Source: Victivallales bacterium
GTDB lineage: Bacteria > Verrucomicrobiota > Lentisphaeria > Victivallales > UBA1829
Reading direction: 5' to 3'
DNA length: 64,000 nucleotides
Assembly: GCA_016285345.1 (NCBI GenBank)
Contig: JAEEQN010000004.1
Coordinates: forward strand, 29,339 to 93,338
Part shown: positions 49,437 to 58,546 of the stretch, piece after piece
Layout: every line of letters begins with the position of its first letter
Position numbering within the stretch: position 1 is the stretch's first letter
The notes under the pieces: generated by a model
Databases searched by the model: none
What the model was told of the DNA's origin: nothing
Seen by the model: the letters and a program-made list of their open reading frames with translations, nothing else
Program-made: the position numbers and the translations under genes

Positions 49437-49988
49437 ATGAGAGAACATGATTTTCGGGATTTGAAGGCAAAGGCCGTGGAACAGTTGTTTCAGGTCGGCA
49501 AATGCTATGAAACTGGCGATGGCGTCGACAAGGATGAGGTGGAAGCCGTCAGGTGGTACCGTATGGCGGCGGAGCAGGGTTCCGCCGATGCGATGTTCGA
49601 ACTCAGCAAGTGCTATACATTCGGCATTGGTGTGAGGCGGAACCGCGCAACGGCGTTCAAATGGCTGAGCAAGGCCGCGGAACGCGGTCATTCGAAGGCG
49701 ATGGTCCAGCTTGGCAAGAGGTGTACACACGAATACGAAGCAGATTATAATCCGCGCAAAGCCGTCAGATTGTTCCGCACGGCGGCGGAAAAAGGGGATG
49801 CGTGGGGCATGTTTCACCTCGGAGAGTGCTACGCGGACGGCATCGGTGTGAAGAAAGATTATGACGCGGCGTATTTATGGTTCTGCCGTGCCGCGCTTGC
49901 CGCCCCTGACGACGAAATGCTGTATCAATCCGTCCAAAACAAAATCTATGACCCGAACCTGAAAGAAATTCTGGGAAAGAAAAAATAG
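49437..49988 (+). CDS. SEL1-like repeat protein
   Basis: About four repeats such as G.CYETGDGVDKDEVEAVRWYRMAAEQG, LGECYADGIGVKKD; no signal peptide. Confidence 0.9.
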   Translation: MREHDFRDLKAKAVEQLFQVGKCYETGDGVDKDEVEAVRWYRMAAEQGSADAMFELSKCYTFGIGVRRNRATAFKWLSKAAERGHSKAMVQLGKRCTHEYEADYNPRKAVRLFRTAAEKGDAWGMFHLGECYADGIGVKKDYDAAYLWFCRAALAAPDDEMLYQSVQNKIYDPNLKEILGKKK

Positions 49989-50006
49989 GCTAAATCATTC
50001 TGTTTG

Positions 50007-50125
50007 CCGCTTCGCTGGGGGCGCACATCCGCGCGCCTCGGTGAACTCGTTTGCTCGAGTTCGACAGATTACTTGAACGCAGAGACGCGAACGGCGAGAG
50101 GTTATTATTATCGCGAACGGCAAAC
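50007..50125 (-). repeat. inverted copy of the array unit plus extended structured arm
   Basis: Minus strand AACCTCTCGCCGTTCGCGTCTCTGCGTTCAAGTAATC (50103-50067); second partial copy GCCGTTCGCG near 50112-50121. Confidence 0.8.
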
Positions 50126-50181
50126 GTTTTGATGGTTGCGGTGAAAGAGAGGTGGGGGGGCCATTAAAAATTTCTCGTGGG

Positions 50182-50286
50182 TCAGGATTTTTTCGGGCGC
50201 TTGATGCTGGAACGGGAGGGGGCTCGGTGCGGGAATCAGGATTTTTTCGGGCGCTTGATGCTGGAACGGGAGGGGGGCTCGGTGCG
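50182..50286. repeat. tandem duplication of the last ~50 bp of hrpB
   Basis: 50182-50231 and 50236-50286 are identical except for G5 versus G6. Confidence 0.9.
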
Positions 50287-52878
50287 CGGGTCCTCGGGCC
50301 AGTTGTGCTTGGGGTAACGGCCGCGCATGTCTTTCCGCACGAGGAAATACGAGCCGTCCCAGAATTCGTCCAGGTTGCGCGTGATCTGCACGGTGCGCAT
50401 GGCGGGCGAAAGCAGGTCGAACACGAGCGGGACGCGTCCGCCGGCGATCTTCGGCGAATGCGCGAGTCCGAAGACCTCCTGAAGCTTCACTCGCACCATG
50501 GGGGCGGCGGGGTCGGAATAGTCGATGGCGATGTGCGAGCCGCTCGGGACCTCGAAGCGTTCGGGCGCGAGCGAGTTCAGCGTGGACTGGGCTTTCGGCG
50601 GGAGCATGGCGGCGAAGATCGAACGGTAATCCAGGTCCGCGAGCTTGTCAAGGCGGCTGACGCCGCCGAGGTGCGGCGCGAGCCAGTCTTCGAGCGTGTC
50701 CAGCAGGTGCTGTTCCGAGCAGTCGGGGAAGCCCTCGCAGCCGTGCACGTGCAGGAACTGGATGCGCCGGAGAAATTTGAGCTGAGCGTGGGTGATGCCG
50801 AGCGAGGCGAACCCGCGTTTGCGGACGGCGGCGATCAGAAGGACCGCGGTGTCGTCGCCGGGGCGCAGATTGGACAGCTTGCGTTCAATCGTGAGCGAAC
50901 CGACCGCCTTCACGTTGAACACGCGGACGCACAGCGCATCGTCGTCCCAGACCGTTTCGCGGCGCGTGCGGAAGAGGTCCGGCAGGGCGGCTTCGAGCTC
51001 GGCGATGTCGAGCGGGAGCGCGAGGCGGATCGTGGGCTGTCCGGAGAGTCCGCCGGAATCCGCCACGGCGAGGTATTCCGAATCGCGGAGCGGGTCGCGT
51101 GCGCCGAGCTTCGCGGTCATGCCGTTGGAGAGCTGGTATTCGGGGCGGTCGCCGCCGGTGCGACGTCGCGCGATACGGTCGGGGTATGCCGCGGCAAGGA
51201 CAAGTCCTTGACTGATATTGTGCCGGGCTTCGCTTCCGGCACGGGGAGGCGGGGCCTCCACTGCGGTTGTGCCGGGCTTCGCTCCGGCACGGGAGGACAA
51301 GTCCTCCACTGCGGCAGTGCCCGGCTTCGCTCGGGCACGGGAGGACAAGTCCTCCACTGCGGCGGTGCCGGGCTTCGCTCCGGCACGAGGAAGGGCGGCT
51401 TCGAGTTGGGAAACGGCCTGTCGGATACGGGAAAGCGTCTGACGGTCCGCAGGCAGGGCGGACGCCTTGTCGAGCACGGCGAGGCGTTCTGCGAGGTCGG
51501 CGGTCTGCGGATTGACGAGCGGATCGCGGTCGGACAGGATTGCGGCAATCTGAAGCGCCTCCCGGCGGAGTCCGTGCTCGTCGGCGAAGAGAATGGCGTT
51601 CGCGAGGCGCGGATGCACGGGCAGACGGTGCAGGAGCTTGCCGTGCGGCGTGATCTGCCCGGTCTTTGCCGAGATCGCGCCGAGTTCGGTCAGCAGGTCG
51701 AACGCGTAGTCGAGCTTGACCTCGGGCGGCGTCGTCATCCAGGGCAGGGCGGCGGCCTTTTCGCGGACCACGCCCCAATGCGCCAGCTCCAGCGCGAGCT
51801 CGGTGAGGTCGGCATGTTCGATCTCCGGCGGGGCGAAATCCGGCATGGCGTTCTGTTCGTATTCGTGCCAGAGACGGATGCAGACGCCCGGCGCGGTGCG
51901 TCCGGCGCGCCCCCGGCGCTGTTCGGCGGACGCCTTCGATATCTTGACCGTGCGGAGCTGGTCCATGCCGGACGCGGGGGAGAAGAACGGCATGCGCGCG
52001 AGGCCGGAGTCGACGACGATGCGGATGCCGGGGATGGTGATGCTGGTCTCGGCGACGGGCGTGGCGAGGATGATGCGGCGGCGGTCCGACGGCGCGAACA
52101 CGCGGTCCTGTTCGGCGGCGGAGAGCGAGCCGTAGAGCGGGAGGACCTCGAAATCGTGGCGCATGGAGGCGAGTTCGGCGGCGGTGCGGCGGATTTCCGC
52201 CTCGCCGGGGAGAAAAACGAGCGCGTCGCCTTCGTGTTCGCGCATGGCGTCCAGCACGACCGAGGCGGCGTGCGGTTCGACGGGAGCACCGGGCTTCAGG
52301 GGCGCGTAGCTCACGCCGACCTCGAAACAGCGTCCCGAGGCGTTGACGATCTCGGTATCGTTTCCGAGCAACCCGGCGGCGGAATCCGCATCGAGCGTGG
52401 CGGACATGAGCGCGATGCGGAGGTCGTCGCGGAGGACGGAGCGCGCGTCAAGCGTGAGTGCGAGCGCGAGATCGGCGTGAATGCTGCGTTCGTGGAATTC
52501 GTCGAAAATGACGGCGGAGACGCCTTCCAGCGACGGGTCGCGCTGGAGCATGCGCGTGAGCAGCGCCTCGGTCACGACCTCGATGCGCGTGTCCGCCGAA
52601 ACGAGCGTCTCGAAGCGCGTCCGGTAGCCCACGGTCTTCCCCGGCGGTTCGTTCAGGAGCGACGCCATGCGCCGTGCCGCGGCGCGCGCGGCGATGCGGC
52701 GGGGTTCCAGCATGACGATCTTCCCCTCGGGCAGCACGCCCGGTTCGAGCAGGGCGAGCGGCACGACAGTGCTTTTGCCCGCGCCGGGTTCCGCCGTGAT
52801 GACCAGCGGACGGCAGGCGCGCGCGGCGTCCGCGATCCGCGGCAGGACGGCGTCGACGGGGAGACCGGAGCGGATCAT
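50236..52878 (-). CDS. hrpB: ATP-dependent RNA helicase HrpB
   Basis: AEPGAGKST, LEPRRIAAR, DEFHERS, MSATL, AETSITIPG, QRRGRAGR, AYPDRIA, GRYPKHNWP. Confidence 0.95.
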   Translation of the reverse strand: MIRSGLPVDAVLPRIADAARACRPLVITAEPGAGKSTVVPLALLEPGVLPEGKIVMLEPRRIAARAAARRMASLLNEPPGKTVGYRTRFETLVSADTRIEVVTEALLTRMLQRDPSLEGVSAVIFDEFHERSIHADLALALTLDARSVLRDDLRIALMSATLDADSAAGLLGNDTEIVNASGRCFEVGVSYAPLKPGAPVEPHAASVVLDAMREHEGDALVFLPGEAEIRRTAAELASMRHDFEVLPLYGSLSAAEQDRVFAPSDRRRIILATPVAETSITIPGIRIVVDSGLARMPFFSPASGMDQLRTVKISKASAEQRRGRAGRTAPGVCIRLWHEYEQNAMPDFAPPEIEHADLTELALELAHWGVVREKAAALPWMTTPPEVKLDYAFDLLTELGAISAKTGQITPHGKLLHRLPVHPRLANAILFADEHGLRREALQIAAILSDRDPLVNPQTADLAERLAVLDKASALPADRQTLSRIRQAVSQLEAALPRAGAKPGTAAVEDLSSRARAKPGTAAVEDLSSRAGAKPGTTAVEAPPPRAGSEARHNISQGLVLAAAYPDRIARRRTGGDRPEYQLSNGMTAKLGARDPLRDSEYLAVADSGGLSGQPTIRLALPLDIAELEAALPDLFRTRRETVWDDDALCVRVFNVKAVGSLTIERKLSNLRPGDDTAVLLIAAVRKRGFASLGITHAQLKFLRRIQFLHVHGCEGFPDCSEQHLLDTLEDWLAPHLGGVSRLDKLADLDYRSIFAAMLPPKAQSTLNSLAPERFEVPSGSHIAIDYSDPAAPMVRVKLQEVFGLAHSPKIAGGRVPLVFDLLSPAMRTVQITRNLDEFWDGSYFLVRKDMRGRYPKHNWPEDPRTEPPSRSSIKRPKKS
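51194..51386 (+). repeat. four tandem copies (48-bp period) of the three-hairpin element inside hrpB
   Basis: Units at 51194-51242, 51243-51290, 51291-51338, 51339-51386; translated as RAGAKPGTAAVEDLSS-type 16-aa repeats. Confidence 0.92.
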
Positions 52879-53630
52879 TCTGCGAGGCGCTTTTTGATCT
52901 CGGCGAGGAGTTGAGGCATGACCTCGCCCGCCTTGCCGCGGATGTAGATATCAGTGATGTGCCCGGTGAACGCGGATTTCTCGGGATTGACCTCGATGAC
53001 GACCGCGCCGCGGCGTTTCGCCGTGTGCGGCACCATGCAGGCGGGCATGACCTCGCCGGTGGTCCCGCTCACAAGGCACACGCTGCACGATTCGGCGTCC
53101 GCGAACGACTGGTCCATGGCGTGTTCGGGGATGCCTTCGCCGAAGAAGACGATGTCCGGCTTCAGCAGGGCGGCGCACTTCGGGCAGGACGGAGGATTCC
53201 CCGCGAGGAGGTCGGCGGTCGGCGGCCCGGAGAACGAGCACCGGGTGCAGCGGAGGCGTCCGAGCGTGCCGTGGAATTCGATCACGTTCCGCGAGCCCGC
53301 CGCCTGGTGGAGATTGTCGATGTTCTGCGTGACGAGCGAGAACGCGACCCCCATCTTTTCCAGTTCGGCGAACGCGAGGTGGGCGGCGTTCGGGGCGCAC
53401 TTGCCCCAGAGATCGTAGAAGATGGAGCGGATGCGGTTCCAGGACTCCACCGGGTGCCGCATGAAGTGGTCGATCTCGAAGAAATCCGGGTTCACCTGCT
53501 GCCAGAGGCCGCCCGCGCCCCGGAACGGCGGGATGCCGCTTTCGACCGAGACTCCGGCGCCGGTGAAGATCAGCATGTTCTTTTTTTCGGCGATGATGTC
53601 CGCCGCGGACTGGATGGGATCGGGATTCAT
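52875..53630 (-). CDS. cobB: NAD-dependent protein deacylase (sirtuin)
   Basis: FTGAGVSVESGIPPFRG, TQNIDNLH, EFHG, CxxC..CxxC, KPDIVFFGE. Confidence 0.9.
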   Translation of the reverse strand: MNPDPIQSAADIIAEKKNMLIFTGAGVSVESGIPPFRGAGGLWQQVNPDFFEIDHFMRHPVESWNRIRSIFYDLWGKCAPNAAHLAFAELEKMGVAFSLVTQNIDNLHQAAGSRNVIEFHGTLGRLRCTRCSFSGPPTADLLAGNPPSCPKCAALLKPDIVFFGEGIPEHAMDQSFADAESCSVCLVSGTTGEVMPACMVPHTAKRRGAVVIEVNPEKSAFTGHITDIYIRGKAGEVMPQLLAEIKKRLAE

Positions 53631-53750
53631 AGGGCGCAAACTCCAAAAAAAGTGAAAAAAATCCGCTTTAAAATACGTGTTGGGTTTGTATATTTCAAGA
53701 CATGCTTTATTTTTTAAAGAGAACTTTTTTCCCGAAAGGAGAACGAAACC

Positions 53751-54362
53751 ATGAAACGAATCCTCGCCGCATTGGTGCTGACGCTGACCCTCGCAGCAGC
53801 CGGGGCGCGCGCCGCCGAGCTGAAGATAGCCGTGATCGACATGCAGAAGACATTCCAGGAATACGAGAAGACCAAGACCATCGAGATCAAGCTGAACCAG
53901 CAGATGGAGGTGTTCAAGGAGTATTCCAACCAGCTGAACCAGCAGTACCAGAACCTGCGCAAGCAGTACGAGTCCGCCCGCGACGACTCGCAGAACATCG
54001 CATACTCCGCCGCCGAACGCGAGAACAAGCGCCAGAAGGCGCAGCAGCTGTACGAATCGCTGAAGCTGAAGGAGCAGGAAATGACCAGCTACACCGAGAG
54101 CCGCAAGACGCAGATACGCGACATGTACACGAAACTGCGCGGCGAGGTGGTCGACGAGATACGCAAGGCCGTCCACAACAAGGCCGTGCTCGAAGGCTAC
54201 ACCATCGTGCTCGACCAGTCCGGCGAATCCCTGAACGACGTCGGATTCGTGATCTACGTCCAGCCCGGCCTCGACATCACCGACGCCATCATCCAGGACC
54301 TGAACCGCGGCTACCGCAAGAACGCGAAGGACCCCGCCGGGGCGGCGGCGTCCGGCGAATGA
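53751..54362 (+). CDS. skp: OmpH/Skp periplasmic chaperone
   Basis: Signal peptide, KIAVIDMQK, coiled coil, GYTIVLD, DITDAII; upstream of lpxD. Confidence 0.85.
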   Translation: MKRILAALVLTLTLAAAGARAAELKIAVIDMQKTFQEYEKTKTIEIKLNQQMEVFKEYSNQLNQQYQNLRKQYESARDDSQNIAYSAAERENKRQKAQQLYESLKLKEQEMTSYTESRKTQIRDMYTKLRGEVVDEIRKAVHNKAVLEGYTIVLDQSGESLNDVGFVIYVQPGLDITDAIIQDLNRGYRKNAKDPAGAAASGE

Positions 54363-54427
54363 GCCGAACCGGACCAAAACTTGAACTTGAATCAACAACA
54401 CCCAACTTACCCATAAGAGGATTTGAA

Positions 54428-55486
54428 ATGAGCAAAGAATACAAAGCATCCGAACTTGCCGAGATCGTCAACGGCACGCTCGTCGGCAATCCGGACACCG
54501 TGGTCAACGCGGTCAATTCCCTGAAACTGGCGGAACGCAACGAAGTGTCGTTCCTCAACAACGCGAAATATCTGAAGGCGCAGCGCGAAAGCCACGCCGG
54601 GGTCGTCCTGGTCCCGAACGACTGGAAATACGAGCCCCCCGAGGGGCAGACCAACATTCACTGCGCGGACCCGGGCAAGGCCTTCTCCAAGCTCTGCACG
54701 ATCTTCGCTCCGGAACCGCTTGACTATCCCGTCGGCGTCCACCCGACCGCGTTCGTCCACCCGACCGCGAAGCTCGCCGAGGGCGTCCACGTGGGGCCGA
54801 ACGCCGTCATCATGGAGGGCGCGGAGATCGGCAAGAACACGAAGATCTGCGCCTGCGCCTACATCGGCCAGTACACGAAAGTCGGCGAGAACACGATCAT
54901 TTATCCCGGCGTGTGCATCATGCACCGCTGCATCATCGGCAACCGCGTGATCCTGCACGGCTGCGCGGTCATCGGCGCGGACGGATTCGGCTACACGCCC
55001 TCGTTCCGCGGACTCGTGAAGGTGCCGCAGAACGGCATCGTGCGCATCGATGACGACGTGGAGGTCGGCGCGTGCTCGACCATCGACCGCGCCAGATTCG
55101 GCATGACGTGGATCAAGAAGGGCGTGAAGATCGACAACCTGGTCTTCGTGGCGCACAACGTGATCGTGGGCGAATCGTCCGTCCTGATCGGCCAGTCCGG
55201 CATCGCCGGCAGCGCCGAGCTCGGACGCGGCGTGGAGCTCCAGGCCCGCGCGGGCGTGAACGGCCACATCACCCTGGGCGACGGCTCCAGGGTGCTCGGG
55301 CTCTCCGCCGCATGGAGGAGCACGTCGCCCGGCGAAAGCGTGTTCGGCGTCCCCGGCGAAGGCCAGGAAACGTACCTCGAACGTCTCGCCCTGCCGATCC
55401 GCGTCCGCAAGCTCATGGCCCGCATTGAGAAGCTCGAGGCGAAGATCGCGGAGCTCGAAGGCAAGGACGCCGGAGGCGCGAAATGA
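54428..55486 (+). CDS. lpxD: UDP-3-O-acylglucosamine N-acyltransferase
   Basis: Hexapeptide repeats, IGADGFGY, IDDDVEVGA.STIDR, KIDNLV.VAHNV. Confidence 0.93.
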   Translation: MSKEYKASELAEIVNGTLVGNPDTVVNAVNSLKLAERNEVSFLNNAKYLKAQRESHAGVVLVPNDWKYEPPEGQTNIHCADPGKAFSKLCTIFAPEPLDYPVGVHPTAFVHPTAKLAEGVHVGPNAVIMEGAEIGKNTKICACAYIGQYTKVGENTIIYPGVCIMHRCIIGNRVILHGCAVIGADGFGYTPSFRGLVKVPQNGIVRIDDDVEVGACSTIDRARFGMTWIKKGVKIDNLVFVAHNVIVGESSVLIGQSGIAGSAELGRGVELQARAGVNGHITLGDGSRVLGLSAAWRSTSPGESVFGVPGEGQETYLERLALPIRVRKLMARIEKLEAKIAELEGKDAGGAK

Positions 55487-56400
55487 AACGCGACCCCGCC
55501 GAGCTGCAGAAAGAGATACTGAAGCTCAAGGAGCAGACCGGGGCGACCATCCTCGCGCACAACTACGTGGACGGCGCGATCCAGGATGTCGCGGATTTCT
55601 GCGGCGACTCGCTGGAGCTCAGCGTCAAGGCGAAGAAATACAAGGCCGACCTCATCGTCTTCTGCGGCGTGCGCTTCATGGCCGAGACCGCGAAGATCCT
55701 CTCGCCCGAATCCCGCGTGATCCTGCCCAACTCCACCGCCGGCTGCCCCATGGCCGACATGGCGCAGGTCGACGAGGTCCGCAAGTACCGCAAGGAGCAC
55801 CCGGACGAGATCCTCGTGGCGTACGTGAACAGCACTGCCGCCGTGAAGGCGCAGGTCGACTGGTGCTGCACCTCCGGCAACGTGGAACGCGTGCTGAACG
55901 CGATCCCGGCGGACGCGAAGATCATGTTCCTGCCGGACCGCAACCTCGGCGCGAACATGACCGCCAAGCTCGGCCGCCCGATGTCCCTGTGGAGCGGCTG
56001 CTGCCCCGTGCACGACCGCATCACACTGGAGAGCATCCGCGAGGCGCGCGCTGTGCATCCCGGCGCCGAGGTGCTGGTGCACCCCGAATGCCGTCCGATG
56101 ATCATCGAGGCCGCCGACGTTGCGCTCAGCACGGGCGGCATGCTCCGCCACGTGTCCGAATCCCTCTTCAAGGAGTTCATCATCGGCACCGAGCTCGGCA
56201 TCATCCACCGCATGCAGAGGGAGAACCCGGACAAGGTGTTCCATCCGCTCCTGCCGCAGGTCGTCTGCCCGGACATGAAGAAGATCACGCTCGAAAACGT
56301 GCTGGCCGCGCTTCAGGGGAAATGCGAGGAGATCGTGCTCGACCCCGAGATCATGGACGCCGCCCGCAAGCCCATCGAACGCATGCTCGCGCTGAAATAA
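55483..56400 (+). CDS. nadA: quinolinate synthase
   Basis: ILAHNY, GDSLEL, FCGVRFMAET, AGCPMAD, YVNS, CTSGN, VHPEC, CPDMK. Confidence 0.95.
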   Translation: MKRDPAELQKEILKLKEQTGATILAHNYVDGAIQDVADFCGDSLELSVKAKKYKADLIVFCGVRFMAETAKILSPESRVILPNSTAGCPMADMAQVDEVRKYRKEHPDEILVAYVNSTAAVKAQVDWCCTSGNVERVLNAIPADAKIMFLPDRNLGANMTAKLGRPMSLWSGCCPVHDRITLESIREARAVHPGAEVLVHPECRPMIIEAADVALSTGGMLRHVSESLFKEFIIGTELGIIHRMQRENPDKVFHPLLPQVVCPDMKKITLENVLAALQGKCEEIVLDPEIMDAARKPIERMLALK

Positions 56401-56420
56401 CCTGAAGTTTTTATCCGTAA

Positions 56421-56457
56421 AGAAACGCACGCCCGAAATCCCGGACGTGCGCTTTTT
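56421..56457. terminator. bidirectional terminator
   Basis: CGCACGCCCG / CGGACGTGCG stem with flanking A and T runs between convergent genes. Confidence 0.6.
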
Positions 56458-56480
56458 GTGTTTGCAAGGACGTCTCTGTT

Positions 56481-57653
56481 TCAGGTCAATGCGTAGTACG
56501 CGGCGTTGCGGAGGCGGTGGAAGAGGTGGGAATTGTCCTGCGGGGACTGGTTCTGCGCCATGAAGAGGACGGCGAGCTCGTTTTTGAGGTCGAGCGTGAA
56601 GTTCGTCTCCAGCCAGCCGCCCCAGCCGAACGATCCGATGGCGTCTGTGGTGGAGGAGCACCCGCCGAAGGTCTTCATGAAGAGGAAATTGCCGTAGTTC
56701 TGTCCGCCGAGGTCCTGCCAGGTGAACGTGCGCGCCTGATGCGGCGTGAGCTGGGGGGAGATGAGGTAGTCGAACCCGGCGGCGGAGAGGAACTTGTGTC
56801 CGTTGTATTTGCCGCGGTTCATGAGCATCTTCACGAACTCGGCGTAGTCGCCGATGGTGGAGACGAGGCCCGCGCCGCCGGACTCGAACGCGGTGTCCTC
56901 GCGGTAGGCGTTCAGCCCGAGGTGCCAGTCGGCGTAGCCGAAGCGCTTGCGCGTGTGGTCGCGGTGGTCGTAGGCGGTGGCGAGGCGGGCGCGCTTCGCC
57001 TCGGGCACGACGAATCCGGTGTCCTTCATGCCGAGCGGGGCGAAGATCTCGTCCTGGAGGTACTGCCCGAAGCGTTTCCCGGCGGCGCATTCGATGACCG
57101 CGCCCATCACGTCGGCGGAGTAGCCGTACGCCCAGCGGTCGCCGGGCTTGAACGCGAGACGGCAGCCGCCGAGCCTGTTCGCGAACTCGACCGTGGAGAG
57201 CTGGACGCCCTGCTTGCGGAGGTCCTCCATCTCGCGCACGACCAGCGCGACGTCCGGCGAGCAGTCGGGATAGAGCAGCCCAGAGGTCATGTTCAGCAGG
57301 TCGGAGACGTACATCGGGCGGTCGCTGACGATTGCGAGGCCCTGTCCGTGCTCGGTGTCGTAGCGCTGGTTCGCGAATCCCGGCAGGAAGCGCGCGACCA
57401 TGGCGCGGGGCGACAGGATGCCGCGGTCGATGTTCATGACGGCGGCGGTGCCGGTGATCGGCTTCGACTGCGAATAGATGCGGAAGATGGTGTCGCGGGA
57501 GATCTTTCGGCCGGATTCGACGTCGGCATAGCCGCTTTCCGTGTAGTAAATCTCCTCGCCCTTGTGCAGGACCATGACGGACGCGCCGGCGTATTCGCCG
57601 CGGTCGACGGATTCGCTGAGCAGATCGGAGAGGCGGTTGAGTTCGGGATTCAT
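56481..57653 (-). CDS. serine hydrolase, beta-lactamase-related (family VIII esterase-like)
   Basis: IFRIYSQSK (SxxK), LL.MTSG, F.PG..W.YG, GGAGLVST, FGWGG. Confidence 0.85.
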   Translation of the reverse strand: MNPELNRLSDLLSESVDRGEYAGASVMVLHKGEEIYYTESGYADVESGRKISRDTIFRIYSQSKPITGTAAVMNIDRGILSPRAMVARFLPGFANQRYDTEHGQGLAIVSDRPMYVSDLLNMTSGLLYPDCSPDVALVVREMEDLRKQGVQLSTVEFANRLGGCRLAFKPGDRWAYGYSADVMGAVIECAAGKRFGQYLQDEIFAPLGMKDTGFVVPEAKRARLATAYDHRDHTRKRFGYADWHLGLNAYREDTAFESGGAGLVSTIGDYAEFVKMLMNRGKYNGHKFLSAAGFDYLISPQLTPHQARTFTWQDLGGQNYGNFLFMKTFGGCSSTTDAIGSFGWGGWLETNFTLDLKNELAVLFMAQNQSPQDNSHLFHRLRNAAYYALT

Positions 57654-57715
57654 GCTGTGTCTCCTGTCGGATATGAGGTGTGAAAATGAAATGCTTGTCT
57701 GAACAGGATTTGGGG

Positions 57716-58546
57716 TTACTTTTCGGCGATCTCCATGGGGGCGAACGTGCCGTCGCAGGTGAAGACGTTCTTTCCGTCCGGGGTGTGTCCGACCGCGCGG
57801 AAGGCGGAATCGTCGTGTTCGCCCGTGGTGACGATGGATTCGCCGAGGCGGAGCGCGAAGTTGAAGTTGACGCGGATGGAGTTCACGCGGACGGGGTATC
57901 CGAGCTTGGCGGCGAGCCAGTCCTGCGCGAACATCGGGTAATGCGCGTTGTTCACGTGGTTGTTGTAGTCGATCTTGGACTGGCCGATGTCGGTGCGGAC
58001 GGGATCGGAACCGGGCGAGGGGTCGAGCTTGCCCCAGTCCTCGAAGAAGATCGGCTTGTCGGGGTTCGAGGGGAATTTTCCGGTGACGTCGTCGGGGGAG
58101 ACGGGGCGGAGGTTGGCGAGTTTGAGCATGAGCCAGTAGCTGCTGGCGGTGGCGATGCGCTGCCCGGTGGCGGGATCGGTCAGCTCGAACTGGCGCATGG
58201 CGAAGAGACGGTGGACGCCGCTGGGCCAGGTCTTCAGGCGCACGGAATCCGCGCGCGGGGGCAGGGCGTCGAACTTGATCATGAGGCGGGAGAGGACCCA
58301 GGTGATGCCGAGACGGCGCAGGTCGTGGATGCCGACGCCGAGGAGTTCGGCGTGCGCGCCCGCGATGTCCTGCATCAGGTCGAATGCCGCGCCGAGGCGG
58401 AGCCGTCCGTCCGGGCCGATGGCGTGGAGCTGGGTCGGGTACTCGCGGGTGATGCTGGCGGGCTTGCCGTCGAAATACGGGTTGCCGTCGTGGATGACGT
58501 CGGCGGAGGTTTCAGGCGTATTGAGAGGACCGGTTGCGGTGCTCAT
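57716..58546 (-). CDS. acyl-ACP thioesterase (FatA/B-like)
   Basis: MQDIA..HA, WVLSRL, IDYNNHVNNAHY. Confidence 0.85.
   Translation of the reverse strand: MSTATGPLNTPETSADVIHDGNPYFDGKPASITREYPTQLHAIGPDGRLRLGAAFDLMQDIAGAHAELLGVGIHDLRRLGITWVLSRLMIKFDALPPRADSVRLKTWPSGVHRLFAMRQFELTDPATGQRIATASSYWLMLKLANLRPVSPDDVTGKFPSNPDKPIFFEDWGKLDPSPGSDPVRTDIGQSKIDYNNHVNNAHYPMFAQDWLAAKLGYPVRVNSIRVNFNFALRLGESIVTTGEHDDSAFRAVGHTPDGKNVFTCDGTFAPMEIAEK

Noticed and set aside
48888-50103. Integron attC cassette sites
   Set aside because: TAAC precedes some units, but there is no proper RYYYAAC...GTTRRRY pairing, hairpins are too short, no ORFs lie between units and no integrase is present
50236-53630. Sir2-helicase anti-phage defence system
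   Set aside because: The sirtuin is a short Zn-binding CobB-type deacylase and the helicase is housekeeping HrpB, not a defence SIR2 with HerA or similar
53631-54449. Apparent N-terminal extensions of cobB (ORF to 54449) and lpxD (ORF from 53702)
   Set aside because: They overlap skp in other frames; true starts with family-typical N-termini are 53630 and 54428
56481-57653. Beta-lactam resistance gene
   Set aside because: No signal peptide and motifs typical of cytoplasmic family VIII esterases; resistance is not supported
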